This document shows, piece by piece, positions 12,136 to 23,959 of a DNA stretch of 64,000 nucleotides (its first letter is position 1; the number at the start of each line of letters is the position of its first letter). Source of the DNA: an uncultured Candidatus Marinamargulisbacteria bacterium (GTDB lineage Bacteria > Margulisbacteria > Riflemargulisbacteria > GWF2-35-9 > DYQY01); assembly GCA_964643725.1 (NCBI GenBank), contig CAZXTL010000002.1, positions 5,574 through 69,573 of the forward strand, read 5' to 3'. Below the pieces are notes generated by a model. It was not told the DNA's origin. It saw only the letters and a list, made by a program, of their open reading frames with translations, and ran no database searches. The translations under genes and the position numbers were made by a program.

Positions 12136-12175
12136 TTCTGCTCCTTTTTCTTCCCTTTTTTAGACAACGCCTGGT

Positions 12176-12205
12176 ATTCTAACTTAGGCAACCAAGCTTT
12201 GTCAA
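12176..12205 (-). promoter_or_regulatory. Candidate sigma-70 promoter for rpsL-rpsG-fusA-tuf (str operon)
   Basis: On the minus strand: TTGACA (12200-12205), an 18-nt spacer, then TAGAAT (12176-12181). It lies in the 95-nt gap between rpoC and rpsL; AAGGAG RBS precedes the rpsL ATG. Confidence 0.5.
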
Positions 12206-12230
12206 CTAAAAAAAACCCATTAAAATTTAT

Positions 12231-15200
12231 CTATATTTCCAGCTCTAAAACTTCATCCCTTTTAGGTTCAAGAGTGGCTACAAGGCTCACAGGAATAGTG
12301 GCATAAAACCCTGTTCCTGCAGGTATAAGTTTACCAATAATAACGTTCTCTTTTAGACCGTACATTTCATCAACTTTTCCTTTTATAGCAGCTTCAGTTA
12401 AAACCTTTGCTGTTTCTTGGAAAGAAGCAGCAGAAATAAATGATTCTGTGTTTAAAGATGCTTTTGTAATACCTAACAATACTCTCTCACCTAAAGCAAC
12501 TTCTTTACCTTGCTCTATAATCTGACCATTCTCTGCTTGAAATTGATTAATATCTACAAGCTCTCCTGGCAACATTGTAGAATCACCCATAGAGACTATC
12601 TTTACTTTCTTAGTCATCTGTCTAAGGATTACCTCAATATGCTTATCGTTAATGGTAACACCTTGACCACGATATACTTTCTGAACTTCTTCAAGCAGAT
12701 ATTCTTGAACTGATTGTACTCCAAGAACCTCTAAAATATCATGAGGCGAAACAATACCTTCTGTAATTAATGAACCCTTAATAATCTTGTCGCCAGCATG
12801 AACAATAATTCTGCTATCAAGCGGTATTTTATAGTCAACCTGTTCATTCTCATTTAGAACAGAAACTACTTTTTGTGCATCTTTTGTATTTATTTCAACA
12901 ATACCAGCAATGGCTGAAATAATCGCTTTGTTCTTTGATGTTCTTGATTCAAATAAAGCTTCAACTTTTGGAAGACCAGCAACAATATCTCTTGCTTTTG
13001 CTCCAATGTTAAGTCTCTTTTCTTTTCTTAACAACTCACCATCAGCAATCTTTTCTCCATCTTTTCTGAAAATAATTGAACCAGTAGAAATACCATAGGT
13101 TCTTGCTTGAACGACATCTATATTCCCAGCAGTTGCCTTATAAATAACACCAGGGAATTCCGCCTTATTCTTTGTAGAAATCGCATCTCCAGCATCAACA
13201 TACTGCCCTACAACTACTTTGGCCTTATCACCTTCAGCAATGCCATAGGACTTCATCTGAGAAATATCTAATACATAAATTTCACCTTCTGTTTTGGCAA
13301 CATAGTTAAGAAGTTTTCCTTCAACTATATTTTCAACAACTTCTAATGATTTAGAATAAATTACTTCTCCTGATACTGTAACCTTTAAATAATTAACAGT
13401 CGGGTCATGAGAAAGAATAATATCACCTTTCTCTACAGTTGCCTTATTCTTAACAAGGATCTCTGAACCTTCTGAAACACTAATAACCTGTTCCTGTCCA
13501 TCGCTTGCGCTAACTTTAATAGTCCCTGTTTCAGTAACAACTGTTACTTTATCACCATATTCATCAAGGATATCTTGTGTAGCAAGTTTATCAAGAAAAC
13601 TTACTTTACCCTTAAGCTCAGAAGCAACCTCTAATTTAGTTGCTCTAGAAAGGTCAACCCCTCCTGTATGGAAGGTTCTCATTGTTAACTGTGTGCCTGG
13701 TTCACCGATTGACTGAGCAGCTATAATCCCAACTGCTTCACCTAGGTTAATTAATTGACGACTACTAAGGTCTTCTCCATAACATTTCTGACAAAGACCT
13801 CTTTTTGCTTCACAAGTAATTACCGAACGAACCTGTAATTCCTTAACTCCAGCTTTCCCAATCAGTTTTGCCATTTTAGGATTGATCTTTTCATCAATAT
13901 CAACGATAACCTCACCTGTTTCAGGATCCACTACTTTTTCTAAACATATTCTACCAACTAGTCTTTCTTCCAAAGAAATAACTTCGCCATAACCTTCTTT
14001 AATTGCTGTTACTCGAACGCTATTAGATGTATGACAATCTTCTTCTGTTATCAAAATATCTTGACCAATATCAACCAAACGTCTTGTTAAATACCCAGAG
14101 TCAGCTGTACGTAACGCTGTATCTACAAGACCTTTTCTTGCACCGTAGGTAGAAATAAAATACTCAGTTGAAGTTAAACCTTCTCTAAAGTTTGTCAAAA
14201 TAGGAATGTCTACGGTATCTCCAGTTGCGTCTGCCATCAGACCTCTCATACCTGCAAGCTGTTTAACTTGGTCGATACTTCCTCTTGCACCTGAGTTTGC
14301 CATCATGAAAACACTATTTAACTCGTCAAAGGAATCTTTCATGGCATTAGTTACTTTTTCAACAGTAGCTCTCCATACTTCCAATTCTCTTAACTTTCTT
14401 TCTTGATTACTAATAATTCCACGTTCCTTAAGATTTTCTATTCTTTCAACTTCCACGAAAGCTTTTGCAAGAATTTCTTTCTTTTCAGGGAAAACAATAA
14501 GGTCATCAATAGCTATTGATACTCCAGCTTTAGTAGCATAAGAAAATCCAAGATTCTTTAGCTTATCTGCTAATCTTGCCGTAGCCTTGTTTCCATAATT
14601 GTCATGCCATTCTGAAATCAAGTTAGCTAATTGTTTCTTACCTGCTACTTCATTAATAAAGTCTTGCTCTGGAAGATTATCTTCAGATAAAGCTTCACTA
14701 ATGGCTGCATTAAAAATAACTCTGCCAACTGTAGTATCAAGCAACACACCCTTATGTCTTACATTAACTCTAATATGCAAAGTTACAGCACCCATACCAA
14801 ATGCTTTAATTACATCATCAAAATCAGAATAAAGTCTTGGTTTAACCTTCATCATCTCTCTATCTGCTATGGTTAAATAATAAATCCCTAAAACCATATC
14901 CTGTGATGGGGTAATAACAGATCTTCCATTAGCTGGAGCTAAAATATTATTATTAGCTAGCATTAATAGCCTTGCTTCTGTTTTAGCTTCTACTGTAAGA
15001 GGAATATGTATTGCCATCTGGTCACCGTCAAAGTCAGCATTAAACGCTGTACAAACTAATGGATGCAAATGTATTGCTTTACCTTCAACTAATACAGGCT
15101 CAAAAGCTTGTATCCCAAGTCTATGTAGAGTAGGTGCTCTATTTAGAAGAACTGGATAACCATCAATTATTTCTTCTAATACATCCCAAACTTCAACATC

Positions 15201-16394
15201 TTTTCTATCAATCTTTCTTTTTGCACTTTTAACGTTCTGAACAAATCCCTTTTCTACTAATTTTCTAATAACAAAAGGTTTAAATAATTCTAACGCCATC
15301 TTCTTTGGAAGACCGCATTGGTGTATTTTAAGATTTGGACCAACAACAATTACAGAACGACCTGAATAGTCAACTCGTTTACCTAATAGGTTCTGACGGA
15401 AACGACCATTCTTACCTTGAATAATGTCACTAAGTGATTTTAATGGTCTGCCATTTCCACCAGTTACAATTCTTCCTCTTCTACCATTATTAAGAAGAAC
15501 GTCTACTGCCTCTTGAAGCATTCTCATTTCATTCTTAACAATCATGTTTGGAGCACCAATATCTAATAATCTCTTTAAACGATTATTTCTATTAATAACT
15601 CTTCTATATAAATCATTTAAGTCTGAAGTAGCAAATCTGCCACCTTCTAACTGAACCATTGGTCTTAAGTCTGGAGGCATAACAGGAACTACATCCATAA
15701 TCATCCACTCAGGCTTATTGCCAGAAGTTAAGAAAGAATCAACTACACGGTACCTTTTTGTTAGCTTTAGTCTCTTTTGGTTTGTTGAGTCTTTAATATC
15801 TTCTTTTAACTCAGCAAGCAACTTTCTAAGATCAAGTTTCTTAAGCAATGTTTTAATTGCCTTAGCACCGATATCAGCCTTAAACTTATCTCCATACTTT
15901 TCTCTAAGTTCATAATATTGTTGTTCTGATAAACGTTGTTTTATTTCTAAAATCGCTTCTAATTCAGGTGCAACGTCCGTAATTATATAACTATCATAAT
16001 AAATTACTTCTTCTAAAGCCTTAACTGTCATATCTAGAAGAACTCCCATAAAGGAAGGAACTCCTTTAAGATACCAGATATGCGATACTGGTGACGCTAA
16101 TTCAATGTGTCCCATTCTTTCTCTTCTTACCTTAGAATGAGTTACTTCTACTCCGCATCTTTCACAAACGATACCTCTGTATCTTACTCTTCTGTATTTT
16201 CCGCATGAACATTCCCAATCTTTAACTGGGCCAAATATCCTTTCGCAGAATAAACCATTTCTTTCAGGCCTAAATGTCCTGTAGTTAATAGTTTCTGGTT
16301 TTGTTACTTCTCCGTGAGACCATAATCTGATCCTTTCGGGAGAAGCAAGTGTAATCTTTAACTTTTTAAATTCATCATAGTTTCTAATTAACAT
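12231..16394 (-). CDS. rpoC: DNA-directed RNA polymerase subunit beta'
   Basis: 1387 aa; zinc finger CSCGKYR…[20 protein letters not shown] catalytic motif. Confidence 0.98.
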   Translation of the reverse strand: MLIRNYDEFKKLKITLASPERIRLWSHGEVTKPETINYRTFRPERNGLFCERIFGPVKDWECSCGKYRRVRYRGIVCERCGVEVTHSKVRRERMGHIELASPVSHIWYLKGVPSFMGVLLDMTVKALEEVIYYDSYIITDVAPELEAILEIKQRLSEQQYYELREKYGDKFKADIGAKAIKTLLKKLDLRKLLAELKEDIKDSTNQKRLKLTKRYRVVDSFLTSGNKPEWMIMDVVPVMPPDLRPMVQLEGGRFATSDLNDLYRRVINRNNRLKRLLDIGAPNMIVKNEMRMLQEAVDVLLNNGRRGRIVTGGNGRPLKSLSDIIQGKNGRFRQNLLGKRVDYSGRSVIVVGPNLKIHQCGLPKKMALELFKPFVIRKLVEKGFVQNVKSAKRKIDRKDVEVWDVLEEIIDGYPVLLNRAPTLHRLGIQAFEPVLVEGKAIHLHPLVCTAFNADFDGDQMAIHIPLTVEAKTEARLLMLANNNILAPANGRSVITPSQDMVLGIYYLTIADREMMKVKPRLYSDFDDVIKAFGMGAVTLHIRVNVRHKGVLLDTTVGRVIFNAAISEALSEDNLPEQDFINEVAGKKQLANLISEWHDNYGNKATARLADKLKNLGFSYATKAGVSIAIDDLIVFPEKKEILAKAFVEVERIENLKERGIISNQERKLRELEVWRATVEKVTNAMKDSFDELNSVFMMANSGARGSIDQVKQLAGMRGLMADATGDTVDIPILTNFREGLTSTEYFISTYGARKGLVDTALRTADSGYLTRRLVDIGQDILITEEDCHTSNSVRVTAIKEGYGEVISLEERLVGRICLEKVVDPETGEVIVDIDEKINPKMAKLIGKAGVKELQVRSVITCEAKRGLCQKCYGEDLSSRQLINLGEAVGIIAAQSIGEPGTQLTMRTFHTGGVDLSRATKLEVASELKGKVSFLDKLATQDILDEYGDKVTVVTETGTIKVSASDGQEQVISVSEGSEILVKNKATVEKGDIILSHDPTVNYLKVTVSGEVIYSKSLEVVENIVEGKLLNYVAKTEGEIYVLDISQMKSYGIAEGDKAKVVVGQYVDAGDAISTKNKAEFPGVIYKATAGNIDVVQARTYGISTGSIIFRKDGEKIADGELLRKEKRLNIGAKARDIVAGLPKVEALFESRTSKNKAIISAIAGIVEINTKDAQKVVSVLNENEQVDYKIPLDSRIIVHAGDKIIKGSLITEGIVSPHDILEVLGVQSVQEYLLEEVQKVYRGQGVTINDKHIEVILRQMTKKVKIVSMGDSTMLPGELVDINQFQAENGQIIEQGKEVALGERVLLGITKASLNTESFISAASFQETAKVLTEAAIKGKVDEMYGLKENVIIGKLIPAGTGFYATIPVSLVATLEPKRDEVLELEI

Positions 16395-16422
16395 ATCTGC
16401 TCCACTACTCCTTTTTTATGGT

Positions 16423-19400
16423 CTACAATCTTTCGATTTCTTCGTTATCTTCATTCAATAATTTTAGGTCAAGAGCTATACTTCTTAACTCTCTAACAAG
16501 TACTTTAAATGACTCAGGGACGCCAAGCCTTTGGATGGTCTTTCCTTTGATGATTGACTCATAAGCTTTTGCTCTTCCAGTAACGTCGTCAGATTTAATA
16601 GTCAGCATTTCCTGTAATACGTGTGCTGCACCATAAGCCTCTAATGCCCAAACTTCCATTTCTCCAAATCTCTGTCCACCAAATTGAGCTTTACCACCCA
16701 ATGGCTGTTGAGTTACTAATGAGTATGGACCAGTTGATCTAGCGTGAATCTTATCATCAACTTGGTGAATCAACTTCAACATAAACATATAACCACAGAA
16801 AACTTGTCTTTCGAAAGGAAGACCTGTTCTGCCATCTCTTAAGGTAACTTTACCGTTAAGATCTAGCCACTCATAACCTTTTACTAATTTGGCTTTTTCG
16901 ATTTCGCCAGCAATTGCTTTCAAGGAATTTTCTTCTTCAAGAACTTCGTCAAAAGGATTTACTTCATAGTACTTGTCTAGTGCGTGTGCAGCTGAACCAA
17001 GCAATGTTTCATAAATCTGACCAACGTTCATACGAGAAGGAACGCCTAGTGGATTTAAAATCATATCAATTGGGGTACCATCTGGAAGCATTGGCATATC
17101 TTCAGCAGGTAATATTTTAGAAACAATACCTTTGTTACCATGTCTTCCTGCAACTTTATCCCCTATCTGAACTTTTCTCAAATGACCGATATAGATTCTA
17201 ACAATCTTTAAAATTCCTGGTGGTAGATTATCTTTGTTCTCTTTTGAAAACTCTTTAACTTTAATAATCTTTCCATATTCTCCAGGAGGAACTCTTAAAG
17301 AAGTGTCCTTCATGTCTCTAGCTTTTTCTCCGAAAATAGCTCTTAAAAGCTTTTCTTCTGCAGGCGGTTCTGACTCTCCTTTTGGAGTTACTTTACCAAC
17401 CAATATATCGCCAGGTTTAACTTCAGAACCTACTCTAATAATACCGTCTTCATTTAATTGACCTAATAAGTCTTCAGAAACGTTCGCTACTTCTCTTGTG
17501 AGTTCTTCATTACCAAGCTTAGTTGTTCTTACTTCAACTTCAAACTTACTAATGTGTACAGTAGTAAATAAATCATCTTTAACAAGCTTCTCACTTATTA
17601 CAATAGAGTCTTCAAAGTTGAGTCCTTCCCAAGACATAAATGCTATTAGTAAATTTCTTCCTAAAGCTAATTCTCCGTCTTTGGTAGATGCTCCGTCAGC
17701 AATAACGTCACCATCTTTAACTTTTTGGCCCAACGAAACAATAGGTTTCTGATTAACCCAAGTATTTTGGTTGCTCTTCTGAAACTTAAGTAATGGATAT
17801 GCTTTCTCAACGTTACCCTTTTCTTTGATAACAATCTTATTAGCATCAACATACACAACTTCTCCGTCTCCCTCAGCTAAACAAAGAGAACCAGCATATT
17901 TTGCAATGTCGATTTCTAAACCTGTTCCAACATAAGCTCTTTCAGGCTTAATAAGAGGTGTAGCTTGACGTTGCATGTTAGAACCCATTAATGCTCTGTT
18001 TGCGTCGTTATGCTCAAGAAATGGAATTAACGAAGTAGATATACCAAACATTTGTCTTGGAGATATCCCTATATAATTAACTTCATCCTTCTTAGCATAC
18101 ACGAACTCTTTTCTGTATCTAACAGGTACTCTGTCTTCTACAATGACTCCATCATTTGACTTAACATCATAAGGAGCAATCCTAAAATAATCTTCGATAT
18201 CAGCTGTTAAATAAACTACTTCTTTAGAAAGTTTTCCGTTATTTACTTTTAAGTATGGGGTTTCAATAAAACCAAACTTATTTGTCTTAGCAAATAAAGC
18301 TAGCGGACCAATAAGACCAGCATTCTGTCCTTCTGGAGTTTCTACCACGCATATTCTTCCATAATGAGAAGGATGAATGTCTCTTACTTCGAATCCAGCT
18401 CTTTCTTTAGTCAACCCTCCTGGGCCTAAAGCAGATAATCTTCTTCTGTGCGTTAACTCAGCTAAAGGATTAGTTTGATCCATAAACTGAGAAAGTTGTG
18501 ATGTTCCAAAGAACTCTCTCATAACTGCCATTAATGGTCTAATGTTGATAAGCTTCTGTGGGACTATTTGATCAGGCTCATTAACAGTCATCTGCTCGTT
18601 AATAAGTCTTTCTAGTCTAGCTAAACCAACTCTTAACTGTTTCTGCATTAATTCACCAGCACAACGAACACGTCTGTTGCCTAAGTGGTCGATGTCATCT
18701 GTTAGTCCTTCTCCAGTCATCAACTTACCAATCTCATTAACTACAGCGAAAATATCATCATGCGTCAAAAGAACTTGGTTCTCGTCTACCTTCAAACTTA
18801 ATCTATTGTTCATCTTATAACGACCAACTTTACCTAAATCAAAAGTTTTGCCATTAAAAAATAATCCTTTCATCAAGTTATGAGCTGCATCCTTATTAAA
18901 AGGATCGCCTGGTTTAAGTCTATAATATACTTCCCTTAGGGAATCTTCTAAACCATGAATTCCACTTTTTTCAATGGTTTGTTTAATAAGATCCTTTTCT
19001 GCAATATTTTTAATCATTTCTTTTTCTTCAATGCCTAATGCACCAAGAAATACATTTAAAGGCAACTTTCTTACCTTATTAATATGTACATAAAAATTAC
19101 CTTGCTTATCAGTTTCAACTTCTAACCATGCCCCTCTGTTAGGAATAACAGTAGCGTGGAAAGTTATAAAACCTTGTTTATCTTTCTTTTCTTTAAAATA
19201 TACACCCGGAGAACGAACAAATTGGCTAACGATGACTCTTTCAGCTCCATTAATTAAAAAAGTCCCTTTTTTTGTCATTATAGGAATATTTCCCATATAG
19301 ACTTCTTGCTCTTTTACTTCTCCTGTCTCTTTATCAAGTAACCTTACTTTGCACCTTAGCGGAGCAGAATAAGTTAATTCTCTATCTTTACATTCTTCTA

Positions 19401-19626
19401 CATCAAAATCTGGCTCATCTAATTTATATTGATCTAGAAACTCAAGTTCTAATCTATTACCAAATCCTTTAATAGGAGAAATAGCTTCTAATTCTTCCTT
19501 AATACCATTTTTTACAAAGTCTTCAAATGAATCAATCTGCAAACTTATAAGATTGGGGACATCTATTTTATCTTTAACTTTTGAATTATATAAATTTTCT
19601 CTTGGAGCAATGGTTTTCGTCGCCAC
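16423..19626 (-). CDS. rpoB: DNA-directed RNA polymerase subunit beta (compact, GTG start)
   Basis: 1067 aa; conserved beta-subunit blocks; start codon at 19624-19626 is GTG, preceded by AGAGGTGA RBS. Confidence 0.97.
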   Translation of the reverse strand: MATKTIAPRENLYNSKVKDKIDVPNLISLQIDSFEDFVKNGIKEELEAISPIKGFGNRLELEFLDQYKLDEPDFDVEECKDRELTYSAPLRCKVRLLDKETGEVKEQEVYMGNIPIMTKKGTFLINGAERVIVSQFVRSPGVYFKEKKDKQGFITFHATVIPNRGAWLEVETDKQGNFYVHINKVRKLPLNVFLGALGIEEKEMIKNIAEKDLIKQTIEKSGIHGLEDSLREVYYRLKPGDPFNKDAAHNLMKGLFFNGKTFDLGKVGRYKMNNRLSLKVDENQVLLTHDDIFAVVNEIGKLMTGEGLTDDIDHLGNRRVRCAGELMQKQLRVGLARLERLINEQMTVNEPDQIVPQKLINIRPLMAVMREFFGTSQLSQFMDQTNPLAELTHRRRLSALGPGGLTKERAGFEVRDIHPSHYGRICVVETPEGQNAGLIGPLALFAKTNKFGFIETPYLKVNNGKLSKEVVYLTADIEDYFRIAPYDVKSNDGVIVEDRVPVRYRKEFVYAKKDEVNYIGISPRQMFGISTSLIPFLEHNDANRALMGSNMQRQATPLIKPERAYVGTGLEIDIAKYAGSLCLAEGDGEVVYVDANKIVIKEKGNVEKAYPLLKFQKSNQNTWVNQKPIVSLGQKVKDGDVIADGASTKDGELALGRNLLIAFMSWEGLNFEDSIVISEKLVKDDLFTTVHISKFEVEVRTTKLGNEELTREVANVSEDLLGQLNEDGIIRVGSEVKPGDILVGKVTPKGESEPPAEEKLLRAIFGEKARDMKDTSLRVPPGEYGKIIKVKEFSKENKDNLPPGILKIVRIYIGHLRKVQIGDKVAGRHGNKGIVSKILPAEDMPMLPDGTPIDMILNPLGVPSRMNVGQIYETLLGSAAHALDKYYEVNPFDEVLEEENSLKAIAGEIEKAKLVKGYEWLDLNGKVTLRDGRTGLPFERQVFCGYMFMLKLIHQVDDKIHARSTGPYSLVTQQPLGGKAQFGGQRFGEMEVWALEAYGAAHVLQEMLTIKSDDVTGRAKAYESIIKGKTIQRLGVPESFKVLVRELRSIALDLKLLNEDNEEIERL

Positions 19627-19654
19627 TAATAAATCACCTCTTATATAAAATTTA

Positions 19655-19682
19655 TTGAGGAGAAAGATTACTTCCTCCTCAA
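19655..19682 (-). promoter_or_regulatory. rplL-rpoB intergenic hairpin (attenuator-like)
   Basis: Imperfect 12-bp inverted repeat TTGAGGAGAAAG / CTTCCTCCTCAA in the 79-nt rplL-rpoB gap. This is the position of the known partial terminator in many bacteria. Confidence 0.4.
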
Positions 19683-19705
19683 CTTATATCAAATACATTA
19701 TATCG

Positions 19706-20101
19706 TTACTTTATTTCTACTTTTCCGCCTTCTGCTTCAAGTTTAGCTTTTAGCTCTTGAGCTTCAGCCTTTGTAACGCCTTCTTTAATTGGCTTTGGAC
19801 AATTATCTACAACATCCTTAGCTTCTTTTAATCCAAGACCAGTAATTTCTCTTACTACTTTAAGTACAGCGATCTTCTTATCGCCAGCAGATACTAGAAC
19901 GACAGAGACCTCATCACTTACTGCTTCTTGTGCAACAGCATCTCCACCAGCAGCTGCCGGAGCAGCTACGGCTACAGGAGCAGCAGCAGTTACACCGAAC
20001 TTCTCTTCTAACGCTTTCACTAACTGAGAAAGCTCTAGAACAGACATCTTTTCTACAGTAGTTAATACTGTTTGTGCTTCTTTACTTAATACTATTTCCA
20101 T
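19706..20101 (-). CDS. rplL: 50S ribosomal protein L7/L12
   Basis: ORF track starts at a GTG (20113). The ATG four codons downstream (MEIVLSKE…) follows an AGGAGG RBS. Ala/Pro hinge, C-terminal …KEAKDVVD…AEGGKVEIK. Confidence 0.93.
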   Translation of the reverse strand: MEIVLSKEAQTVLTTVEKMSVLELSQLVKALEEKFGVTAAAPVAVAAPAAAGGDAVAQEAVSDEVSVVLVSAGDKKIAVLKVVREITGLGLKEAKDVVDNCPKPIKEGVTKAEAQELKAKLEAEGGKVEIK

Positions 20102-20132
20102 CTCTATACTCACCTCCTTTTTATTTTAAATT

Positions 20133-20660
20133 CTAAGCTGACTTTTTATCCTTAATTGCATCCAAAACATAAACTATGTTTCTAAAATTACCTTGTAATG
20201 CACCAACAAATCCAGTTATTGGACTGTTGAACAACATTAGTAACTTAGCAATAAGAACCTCTTTAGATGGTAATGCTGATAGAGCTTTCATTTCGTTACC
20301 ATTAATAATCTTTGATTCTAGGATACCGCCCTTAAGCGTCACACTTTCATTCTTTTTAGCAAAATCAACAAGTACCTTAGCTGGTGCCACAGGTTCTTTT
20401 TTAGAAAAAATAATTGCTGTTGGCCCTTTTAAAACATCTTTAAGTTGACCGTATACCTCAGGGTACATTTCTTGTAGAACTATTAAAACTAAAGTATTCT
20501 TTAATACTTTCAGCTCAGAGTTACTTGCTCTAAGTTGATTACGAAGTTCTGAAATCTTACTTACAGTAAGACCCTTATAGTCCACCATATATACATATTG
20601 ATTTTCTGAGAATGTTTGTTTGATACCTTGTAAAGCATCCTTATTCTTTTGGTTTACCAC
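20133..20660 (-). CDS. rplJ: 50S ribosomal protein L10 (GTG start)
   Basis: 175 aa; L10-like; GTG at 20658-20660 preceded by GGAGGAGA RBS. Confidence 0.92.
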   Translation of the reverse strand: MVNQKNKDALQGIKQTFSENQYVYMVDYKGLTVSKISELRNQLRASNSELKVLKNTLVLIVLQEMYPEVYGQLKDVLKGPTAIIFSKKEPVAPAKVLVDFAKKNESVTLKGGILESKIINGNEMKALSALPSKEVLIAKLLMLFNSPITGFVGALQGNFRNIVYVLDAIKDKKSA

Positions 20661-20784
20661 TATCTATCTCCTCCTCTTCTCCTAAACCGTAGAACAAAGA
20701 GACACTTTAAGTTTCATTTAAAGTACTTTTTATCCTCGGTAGGGTTATTTTAAGCATTACGCCCCTACTGTCTTCGGCTAAAAA
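20661..20784 (-). promoter_or_regulatory. Possible L10 (rplJ) leader / autoregulatory region
   Basis: 124-nt untranslated gap between rplA and rplJ containing GC-rich stems (…CCGAAGACAGTAGGGGCG…) in an AT-rich context. The L10(L12)4 autoregulation target sits at this position in many bacteria. Confidence 0.3.
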
Positions 20785-21486
20785 CTATGCTATCGTCGAA
20801 GAATCAATATCTATACCAGGACTCATTGTCGCAGCTAGATATGTTCCTTTCAAATAAACTCCTTTTGCAGAAGCTGGTTTCACCTTCATTAAAATATCAT
20901 AAACAGCAATAATATTCTCTTTTAACTTTTGCAAATCAAAAGACATTTTGCCGACTGGCATATGAACTATTCCAAATTTATCAGCACGGTATTCTACCTT
21001 ACCCTTTCTAAATTCATCAATAGCTTTCTTTATATCAAAAGTTATCGTACCAGTTTTTGGCGAAGGCATTAAACCTCTCTTACCTAAAACTTTACCTAAC
21101 TGTCCAACCTCTTTCATCATATCAGGGGTTGTTAGTAAAATATCAAAATCTACCCATCCTGCTTTAATTTTATCAGCCAATTCTTCACTGCCAAAAACGT
21201 CTGCTCCAGCCTTTTCAGCTTCAGTAACTTTTTCTCCTTTAGCAATTACAACTATTTTAATTTTCTTACCAACACCATGAGGAAGTATCAATGTTCCTCT
21301 AACTTGCTGATCACTCTGTCTTACGTCTACACCTAACTTAACAGTAAATTCAACTGTCTCATCAAACTTTGCTGGTGTCATCTTTTTCAAACAATCTATT
21401 CCTTCATCTAAAGAATATAGTGGTTTTTCTATTGAAGCTGCGTTCTGATTATATACTTTTGAATATTTTTTCATTATGTCCTCCAT
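20785..21486 (-). CDS. rplA: 50S ribosomal protein L1
   Basis: 233 aa; L1-like; operon position. Confidence 0.94.
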   Translation of the reverse strand: MEDIMKKYSKVYNQNAASIEKPLYSLDEGIDCLKKMTPAKFDETVEFTVKLGVDVRQSDQQVRGTLILPHGVGKKIKIVVIAKGEKVTEAEKAGADVFGSEELADKIKAGWVDFDILLTTPDMMKEVGQLGKVLGKRGLMPSPKTGTITFDIKKAIDEFRKGKVEYRADKFGIVHMPVGKMSFDLQKLKENIIAVYDILMKVKPASAKGVYLKGTYLAATMSPGIDIDSSTIA

Positions 21487-21912
21487 CTACTCCGTTACAG
21501 TGATGCCCATGCTACGCGCTGAACCCATTACGATACTCATAGCAGCATCAATTGTATTTGCATTTAAATCTTTTAATTTTATCTGAGCTATTTCTTTTAT
21601 TTGTTCCATTGTTACTGAACCAACTTTGTTCTTATTAGGCTCAGGTGAACCTTTTTGAATTTTGGCATACTTTTTAAGTAAGTCAGAAACCGGAGGTGTC
21701 TTTAATATAAACTCAAAACTTCTATCTTCAAAAACTGTTATTACTACTGGTATTACTTGACCAGCCATCTCTTTGGTCCTGTCATTATAAGCCTTGCAGA
21801 ACTCCATAATATTAACACCTTGCTGTCCTAATGCTGGACCAATAGGTGGAGCTGGATTGGCTTTACCTGCCTGAATTTGTAACTTGATATAACCTTTAAT
21901 TTTCTTTGCCAC
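21487..21912 (-). CDS. rplK: 50S ribosomal protein L11
   Basis: 141 aa; [30 protein letters not shown]… L11 signature. Confidence 0.96.
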   Translation of the reverse strand: MAKKIKGYIKLQIQAGKANPAPPIGPALGQQGVNIMEFCKAYNDRTKEMAGQVIPVVITVFEDRSFEFILKTPPVSDLLKKYAKIQKGSPEPNKNKVGSVTMEQIKEIAQIKLKDLNANTIDAAMSIVMGSARSMGITVTE

Positions 21913-21933
21913 TGCCGAACCCTCCGTACAAAA

Positions 21934-22578
21934 TTATTCTGCTGCTTTTTCTATCTGATCAAAACCTATCTCTACTGGTGTTTCTCTTCCGAAAATTAGT
22001 ATAGTAGATTTAATCTTTCCTTTTTCTGCATTTATTTCTTTAACTGGACCATTATAACCTCTGAATGGACCAGAAATTATCTTAACCATATCTCCGACCT
22101 CAAAGTCCACTTGGAATTTCTGAACTTTAATTCCAACTTGTCTTAATACCTTTAACATCTCTTCATCTCTTATAGGTACAGGCGAAGAAGTATCACCCAT
22201 GAATTTTGATAAACCTGGTACTCTTTTCATTACATACCAAAGTTCAGAGTCAAATATCATTCTTACAAAAATATATCCAGGATACATCTTTCTAATCTTT
22301 TCTACTTTTTTATTATTCTTTACTTCAACTACTTCTTCTTCAGGAATTAATATTTCAAAAACCTTATCAGTAAGCTTAAGGGTTTGGATTCTGTTCTCCA
22401 AACTATTTTTTACCTTATGCTCGTAGTTAGAGTAAGTCTGGATAATGTACCAATCTCCAAGATTTGGATTAACCTGTTCTTCAATAGTTTCCTCAATAAT
22501 TTCCGGAACATTTTCCTGCTCAATTACTTCTTCTATTTCTAATGTTTCTACTTCTTTAATTTCTTCTACCATTTTCAT
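21934..22578 (-). CDS. nusG: Transcription termination/antitermination factor NusG (acidic N-terminal extension)
   Basis: 214 aa; NGN domain WYIIQTYSNYE, KOW GDMVKIISGPFRGYNG; between secE and rplK. Confidence 0.93.
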   Translation of the reverse strand: MKMVEEIKEVETLEIEEVIEQENVPEIIEETIEEQVNPNLGDWYIIQTYSNYEHKVKNSLENRIQTLKLTDKVFEILIPEEEVVEVKNNKKVEKIRKMYPGYIFVRMIFDSELWYVMKRVPGLSKFMGDTSSPVPIRDEEMLKVLRQVGIKVQKFQVDFEVGDMVKIISGPFRGYNGPVKEINAEKGKIKSTILIFGRETPVEIGFDQIEKAAE

Positions 22579-22585
22579 ATCCTAA

Positions 22586-22783
22586 TTATATTAACCTTCC
22601 TAAAAGTTTAAAGATAAATCCTATCAATGAATCCACGATAAAGACATATCCAAGAACCACTAATACTATCACAAAAACAACCGCTACCAAAGATAAAACT
22701 TTCTTCCTTGTTGGCCAAGTAACTTTTGTTAGTTCTTGCTTAGTGTCTTGTAAATATCCTATCATTTTCATAATTTTATTCAT
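22586..22783 (-). CDS. secE: Preprotein translocase subunit SecE
   Basis: 65 aa single-TM protein; conserved position tRNA-Trp-secE-nusG. Confidence 0.85.
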   Translation of the reverse strand: MNKIMKMIGYLQDTKQELTKVTWPTRKKVLSLVAVVFVIVLVVLGYVFIVDSLIGFIFKLLGRLI

Positions 22784-22785
22784 CC

Positions 22786-22862
<77 letters not shown>

Positions 22863-23091
22863 ATTTGATCTCCTTGTGTATTGTGTGAACTTTATCCCAT
22901 TTGCAATACTTTTTAAGCTCCATTTTTTCAGTAGTATTTTTTTTATTTTTATTAGTCGCGTAATTTCTTCTTTTACACTCAGTGCATTCTAATGTGACAA
23001 GTACTCTCAACGTATTCTCCTTTGGTATTATATAAAATCAACAGTGGGTCAATTTATCATAGTTGAGAGGCAGTGTCAAACAATATTTTGC

Positions 23092-23778
23092 TTAAAATTC
23101 TTCCAGTTTATCTAAAAAGATTGCTTGAGATATAAAAGTTATTGGAAGTGTAATGATAAGTCCTATATAAAAAACCATAAGACCTATAATATTAATTATT
23201 AAAAATAAAAAATAAAAAATAAAAACCGCAAAAATATCCTTCTTCGAAACTTGAAAATTATACTTTAAACAACTAATTGGACCCATTTGATACTTAACCA
23301 TAGCAAAATTAATAAATGAAAAAAATAAAACAAAAATAACTGTAACACAAAACAACCAAATCAATGCAAAAAGATCAGGTAATCCGGTTGTTGCAGCAAA
23401 AAACATAAAAAACCTGTGTAGTAAATAAAAAACGATAATAGAAAATAAATATAAAATAAAAATACTACCTATCTGATTCCATTGACTAAATAAATCTTTA
23501 AAACTAATATCTTCATTCTCGCTTAACTTTACAAATATCTTTGTTAATCCAAGATAAAAGACACAAAGAAAAACGACATTTAGTAATGATGTTATTATTC
23601 CTATAAGTAAATTATCTATTGCTATATTACTAAGATATGTCAGTAATTCTAGAAACAGAAACACTCCACCTAATATGCCGATTAAAAACAAAAGATTCTT
23701 CCTGGTAATCTTCCACCCTTCTAAATAAATTGAGAATATTTTTTTTAACATAATGCCCCTCCAAAACAAGTTTACCAA
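23092..23778 (-). CDS. Polytopic integral membrane protein, unknown function (possibly DUF975-like)
   Basis: 228 aa with about six strongly hydrophobic segments; no recognisable catalytic motif; start codon uncertain (alternative Met at 23751). Confidence 0.6.
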   Translation of the reverse strand: MVNLFWRGIMLKKIFSIYLEGWKITRKNLLFLIGILGGVFLFLELLTYLSNIAIDNLLIGIITSLLNVVFLCVFYLGLTKIFVKLSENEDISFKDLFSQWNQIGSIFILYLFSIIVFYLLHRFFMFFAATTGLPDLFALIWLFCVTVIFVLFFSFINFAMVKYQMGPISCLKYNFQVSKKDIFAVFIFYFLFLIINIIGLMVFYIGLIITLPITFISQAIFLDKLEEF

Positions 23779-23900
23779 AAATAGTGTTTTGTTGCAAAAG
23801 ATTCAAGATAACCCCCTCAGTCTCACGGTGTTCGACAGCTCCCCACAAGGGGGAGCAAAACAGCCTCAATTTAAGCTATTAAACACCAGCTATTGAACCA

Positions 23901-23929
23901 TTGAACAATTTATCTACTAACCGTATAAT
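23901..23929 (+). promoter_or_regulatory. Near-consensus sigma-70 promoter upstream of ilvE
   Basis: TTGAAC (23901-23906), 17-nt spacer, TATAAT (23924-23929); about 30 nt upstream of the GGAG RBS and ilvE ATG. Confidence 0.55.
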
Positions 23930-23959
23930 TGCTTTACAAAAACCATCAAGGAGCATCCT

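Noticed and set aside
12209-12220. A8CCC run after rpoC as a terminator
   Set aside because: No stable stem precedes the T-run on the minus strand; more likely just AT-rich spacer preceding the str promoter.
19655-19682. rplL-rpoB hairpin as a full intrinsic terminator
   Set aside because: The stem has a mismatch and is followed by only a short interrupted U-run. rpoBC must be transcribed through it, so an attenuator is more plausible than a terminator.
23630-23869. 79-aa minus-strand ORF overlapping the 5' end of the membrane-protein gene
   Set aside because: Out-of-frame overlap with a better-supported gene and extends across the divergent promoter region; no homology signal.
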